64,000 nucleotides of DNA from Pavona decussata (lineage: Eukaryota). The stretch's first letter is position 1. Each line of letters starts with the position of its first letter. Of the stretch, positions 61,115-64,000 are shown in pieces. Where the stretch lies: positions 186,001 to 250,000 of the forward strand of contig CDRNST010000115.1 in assembly GCA_977016875.1 (NCBI GenBank), written 5' to 3'. Made by a program: the position numbers and the translations under genes. The notes beneath the pieces are model-generated. The model ran no database searches, had not been told where the DNA came from, and was given only the letters and a program-made list of their open reading frames with translations.

Positions 61115-62839
61115 ATGCGCTTAAAAGGCAAAATGAGCAAGAAGTATAAAGTCGATTGGTCGGATATCGATGGAGCGTCGCCCAAACCGAAACGGCTTCA
61201 CTTGGAAAAAGATGAAACCAACAGCTTGTATCACTGCCCAATACAAGAGTGCGACCATGATGGATTTCAAAGTCAAAGAGGGTGCAGAAAACATGTTTAT
61301 AACAAGCACAGTTGGTTCTTTTATTTTGATGAAAAGCCCAATTCGAAAGAAATCACAGATTCGCGAAATGTTCCGATGGTGAAACCAATTCAAGATCAAA
61401 CAACTGAAACCACAAAGCATGCCGTAAAGATACTTCCTTCGTTTTCATTATCGTGTGACATTGCCGAGTTGTTAACAAAATGGTTGACTGGAAGTGGTGG
61501 CGGTTACAAGAAGGATCGTGCAGCGCAACAAATAGTTACAAGATGCTTTAAGTTTCTAAGATTTTGCTGTGAAGACGAGGAAGAGTTGACTTTTGACGTG
61601 GTGGACTTTAGTTTATGTTCTCCAAATTTGTTGTTCAAGTTTATCGACTACTTACAAGACGAATGCAAGCTCGGCCATGGTGGGCGTTTAGGCTACATAG
61701 ACGCCATTTCTGAAATGATCGACTTCAGAAAACTTCATGGCGCATCAGAGGCAGTCTTTCAAAAGTTCTCTGCAACAGAGTTGTACCTCAAAAGAGCACG
61801 AAAGACAGTTGCAAAGATGATGCGATTGCAGTGGACACAAGATTTAGACATTGAAACACTGGAAGCAAGAGGCCACTGGGCAACAATGGAGGAGCTGTTG
61901 GAGGTCGTGAAATTCCATCTGCCGCGCTACGAAAATACCGTGAAGATGTGTAAATCGAGTCCAGCTCAAGTTAACCCCTCGGACTTGACATTTGCCACGA
62001 AATTCGTAGCCATGTATCTGTTCATCAAAGTGAAGGGGTCACGTCCTATGACTTATCAATATTTGATGGTGGACATGATTGATGCAGCTAAGAAAAAGGG
62101 TGGATTCATTGATCAGAAAACGTTCAAGACTGCCGGAAAGTATGGATTTGATTCTTTGACTCTTTCCGACGCAAACATGCAAGTGCTCAATGGCTATATC
62201 TCGTACGTTAGACCTTTGCTTAAACCCAAGTGTGATTTCGTTCTCGTCAACAGAAATGGAGGCCAGCATGGTAAATTGGGCGAGATCATGAGCAAACTGG
62301 TGTTTGATGCAATTGGAAAGTACATCCATCCCACGCGTTATCGCCAAATTGTTGAAACGCAGAGCCTCAACCAGCTCACTAGCGAAGAGCAGAGGATTTT
62401 GTCGGAAGACCAAAAACACAGCTCTGCCGTTGCTAAAGTTCACTATCAAAAACAACGATCCCGAGAAGTTGCTTTGAAGGGTCACGAGTGCCTACAGAAA
62501 CTACAAGGCGCCAAGGGGTCAGAAGTGGACGAGGACGTCAACGCAAGACTCGGCGATTCAACTTCCACCGCCGGGCCTTCTGTTGAACCAGTGGAAAATG
62601 TCAACACCTCCCCCAAAAAGGACGCCCTGCCTAAAAGAATCTTGCGCTCTCAGAGGAACATTCGTCATGTTTTGAAATTCACAGCAGAAGAGGACTATTT
62701 TCTAAAGGAAGGAATAACTAAGCACGGATTTGGACAGTGTACAGCGATATTGAGAGATCTAGATTTCAGGTTTCAGGAGGGTAGAACTGCCGATTCTCTT
62801 AAGAAAAGGGCTGCCACGAAAATGCCGTTGAGCGAATAA
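61115..62839 (+). CDS. Intact tyrosine recombinase with N-terminal C2H2 finger and C-terminal TRF-like Myb domain (574 aa)
   Basis: CPIQEC...HVYNKH finger. YR residues GSR310P, FK338T, H405PTR408YR410, KH435S, VHY444. Myb: FTAEEDYFLKEGITKHGFGQCTAILRD...RTADSLKKR. Uninterrupted and intronless. Confidence 0.82.
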   Translation: MRLKGKMSKKYKVDWSDIDGASPKPKRLHLEKDETNSLYHCPIQECDHDGFQSQRGCRKHVYNKHSWFFYFDEKPNSKEITDSRNVPMVKPIQDQTTETTKHAVKILPSFSLSCDIAELLTKWLTGSGGGYKKDRAAQQIVTRCFKFLRFCCEDEEELTFDVVDFSLCSPNLLFKFIDYLQDECKLGHGGRLGYIDAISEMIDFRKLHGASEAVFQKFSATELYLKRARKTVAKMMRLQWTQDLDIETLEARGHWATMEELLEVVKFHLPRYENTVKMCKSSPAQVNPSDLTFATKFVAMYLFIKVKGSRPMTYQYLMVDMIDAAKKKGGFIDQKTFKTAGKYGFDSLTLSDANMQVLNGYISYVRPLLKPKCDFVLVNRNGGQHGKLGEIMSKLVFDAIGKYIHPTRYRQIVETQSLNQLTSEEQRILSEDQKHSSAVAKVHYQKQRSREVALKGHECLQKLQGAKGSEVDEDVNARLGDSTSTAGPSVEPVENVNTSPKKDALPKRILRSQRNIRHVLKFTAEEDYFLKEGITKHGFGQCTAILRDLDFRFQEGRTADSLKKRAATKMPLSE

Positions 62840-63105
62840 AACAACAACAAAAACACTGCAAATGTAGTCAACGACGCAACCTTCATTTTAATTCTCTCTA
62901 TGTCTCTCTTTTGTTTTTTTTTCAATGGCCATTTTCTATCACCATTCACAAACACACTGATGTATATAATGTAATAATAATTTTTTCAAGTCGACCTAGC
63001 TTAACCGTACATGTTCCAGTTCCAACCGTGTGTGTAATTACCCAAAAACAAACTCTAGCATTCATTTTACATTTTCGCTGTGTTTCGGTGTTTCTCTATA
63101 TCTAA

Positions 63106-63987
63106 CTACTGGCTAAAATAGCTCAGAATTGTTTTGCGTGGCTTCTTGTTCCTGACTAGAGTTAGTTCTCCAGACGTGGGTCTTTTTCGCGAAGTACTGG
63201 TCCGCATGAGGTCCTCTGAAATGGCAAGATCGTGCATGGTAGACGAAGTTGGTGTAGTTGCATCGCAGGGGCTTAGCTGCGTACTCGGGGCGGGCGTGAT
63301 GAACATTTCCTCGTCACTGCTGTCTCCGCACTGAGGTGGAACATCCTGCGATACAGCTGTGTTGCTTCTGTAGCCCGAGGAAGATGCTTCGTTGCCATCT
63401 CTTCCGGTCCGGATCGACTGGCACACATCCTCTGCAATGGGCAGGCACTGGAAGAGGCTGGTGACAAGATGCCTGTGTTCTTTCTTCAGTAGGCCCAGGG
63501 CAACAGACGATCGCTTCCTCTGGTCCAAGGCCAACTGGCAACCGGCCGTTCCGTGATTCTGGTGGAATTGTCTCAGCTTGTCTTGCAGGACCTCGCGGTA
63601 GGCCTCCGTGGACGCCCTCCTCTCCCGACTCAGGGCTGATCCCTGTAGTGTCCTGGCGAGCTCGTGAAGTTCGTGCTCCGTCTGTTGTAACCAGGGTGTT
63701 TGAAATGCAGCAAGTGCTCTCTCTCGCCTTGTCTTCAAGTCTTCCCGAAGGGTCTGTTGCCTGAAGGCAGCCAAGTCCTCGCTGATTTGCGTGGGCATGG
63801 GTTCCAATGCATCCCTCGGAAGCAGCGCCACATGTTCGCTTGCGACGCCCATCGACAGGAGATTTCGCTGTCTGTGTCGGTACACCGTCTCCTCTGCCTG
63901 CCTCTGTCTTTCCCGCTGGTCGAGTCGTGCTTGCAACATGACGGAAACTTGGCGGTGGCGGAGTGACCTCTGAGAGCTCTGCTCCAT
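63106..63987 (-). CDS. Hypothetical 293-aa protein: helical/coiled N-part, S/T-rich tail, basic NLS-like and PIP-box-like C-terminus
   Basis: Uninterrupted GC-rich ORF convergent with the recombinase; ends RKRP...KKPRKTILSYFSQ. Confidence 0.65.
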   Translation of the reverse strand: MEQSSQRSLRHRQVSVMLQARLDQRERQRQAEETVYRHRQRNLLSMGVASEHVALLPRDALEPMPTQISEDLAAFRQQTLREDLKTRRERALAAFQTPWLQQTEHELHELARTLQGSALSRERRASTEAYREVLQDKLRQFHQNHGTAGCQLALDQRKRSSVALGLLKKEHRHLVTSLFQCLPIAEDVCQSIRTGRDGNEASSSGYRSNTAVSQDVPPQCGDSSDEEMFITPAPSTQLSPCDATTPTSSTMHDLAISEDLMRTSTSRKRPTSGELTLVRNKKPRKTILSYFSQ

Positions 63988-64000
63988 AATTCTCCTTAAT

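Noticed and set aside
1-64000. tRNA, rRNA or prokaryotic operons
   Set aside because: None recognisable by eye; spliceosomal introns and animal TE families indicate a eukaryotic repeat region.

Overview
Eukaryotic, AT-rich genomic DNA. A cnidarian (stony coral) origin is inferred from the repeat families and cannot be proven here. The window is almost entirely nested, mostly decayed transposable elements, with no recognisable host housekeeping gene, RNA gene or CRISPR array. Retroelements: several BEL/Pao LTR retrotransposon pieces (one with both LTRs and a 5-bp TSD at 32084-38798), an RT-less DIRS element with intact ITR/ICR ends (3117-5293), a near full-length PHD-EN-RT CR1/L2-type LINE with a 2A-like motif (45690-49402), and L1/Tx1 and L2 fragments. 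DNA transposons: a ~10-kb Kolobok with TTAA TSD, spliced THAP-DDE transposase and P2X7-tail-like KolX gene (16907-26937), a spliced P-element transposase relic that hosts the LINE, EnSpm, Crypton, Merlin and Harbinger fragments, and many MITEs. Most coding remnants lie on the minus strand. The standout is the right end: an exact 63-bp x 11 array with invariant GTTCC/GGAAC boxes and two variable segments per unit, followed by the only long intact ORF (574 aa; C2H2 finger + tyrosine recombinase + TRF-like Myb domain) and a convergent intact 293-aa orphan ORF ending in a PIP-box-like motif. Family assignments come from motif recognition by eye; no database searches were run.
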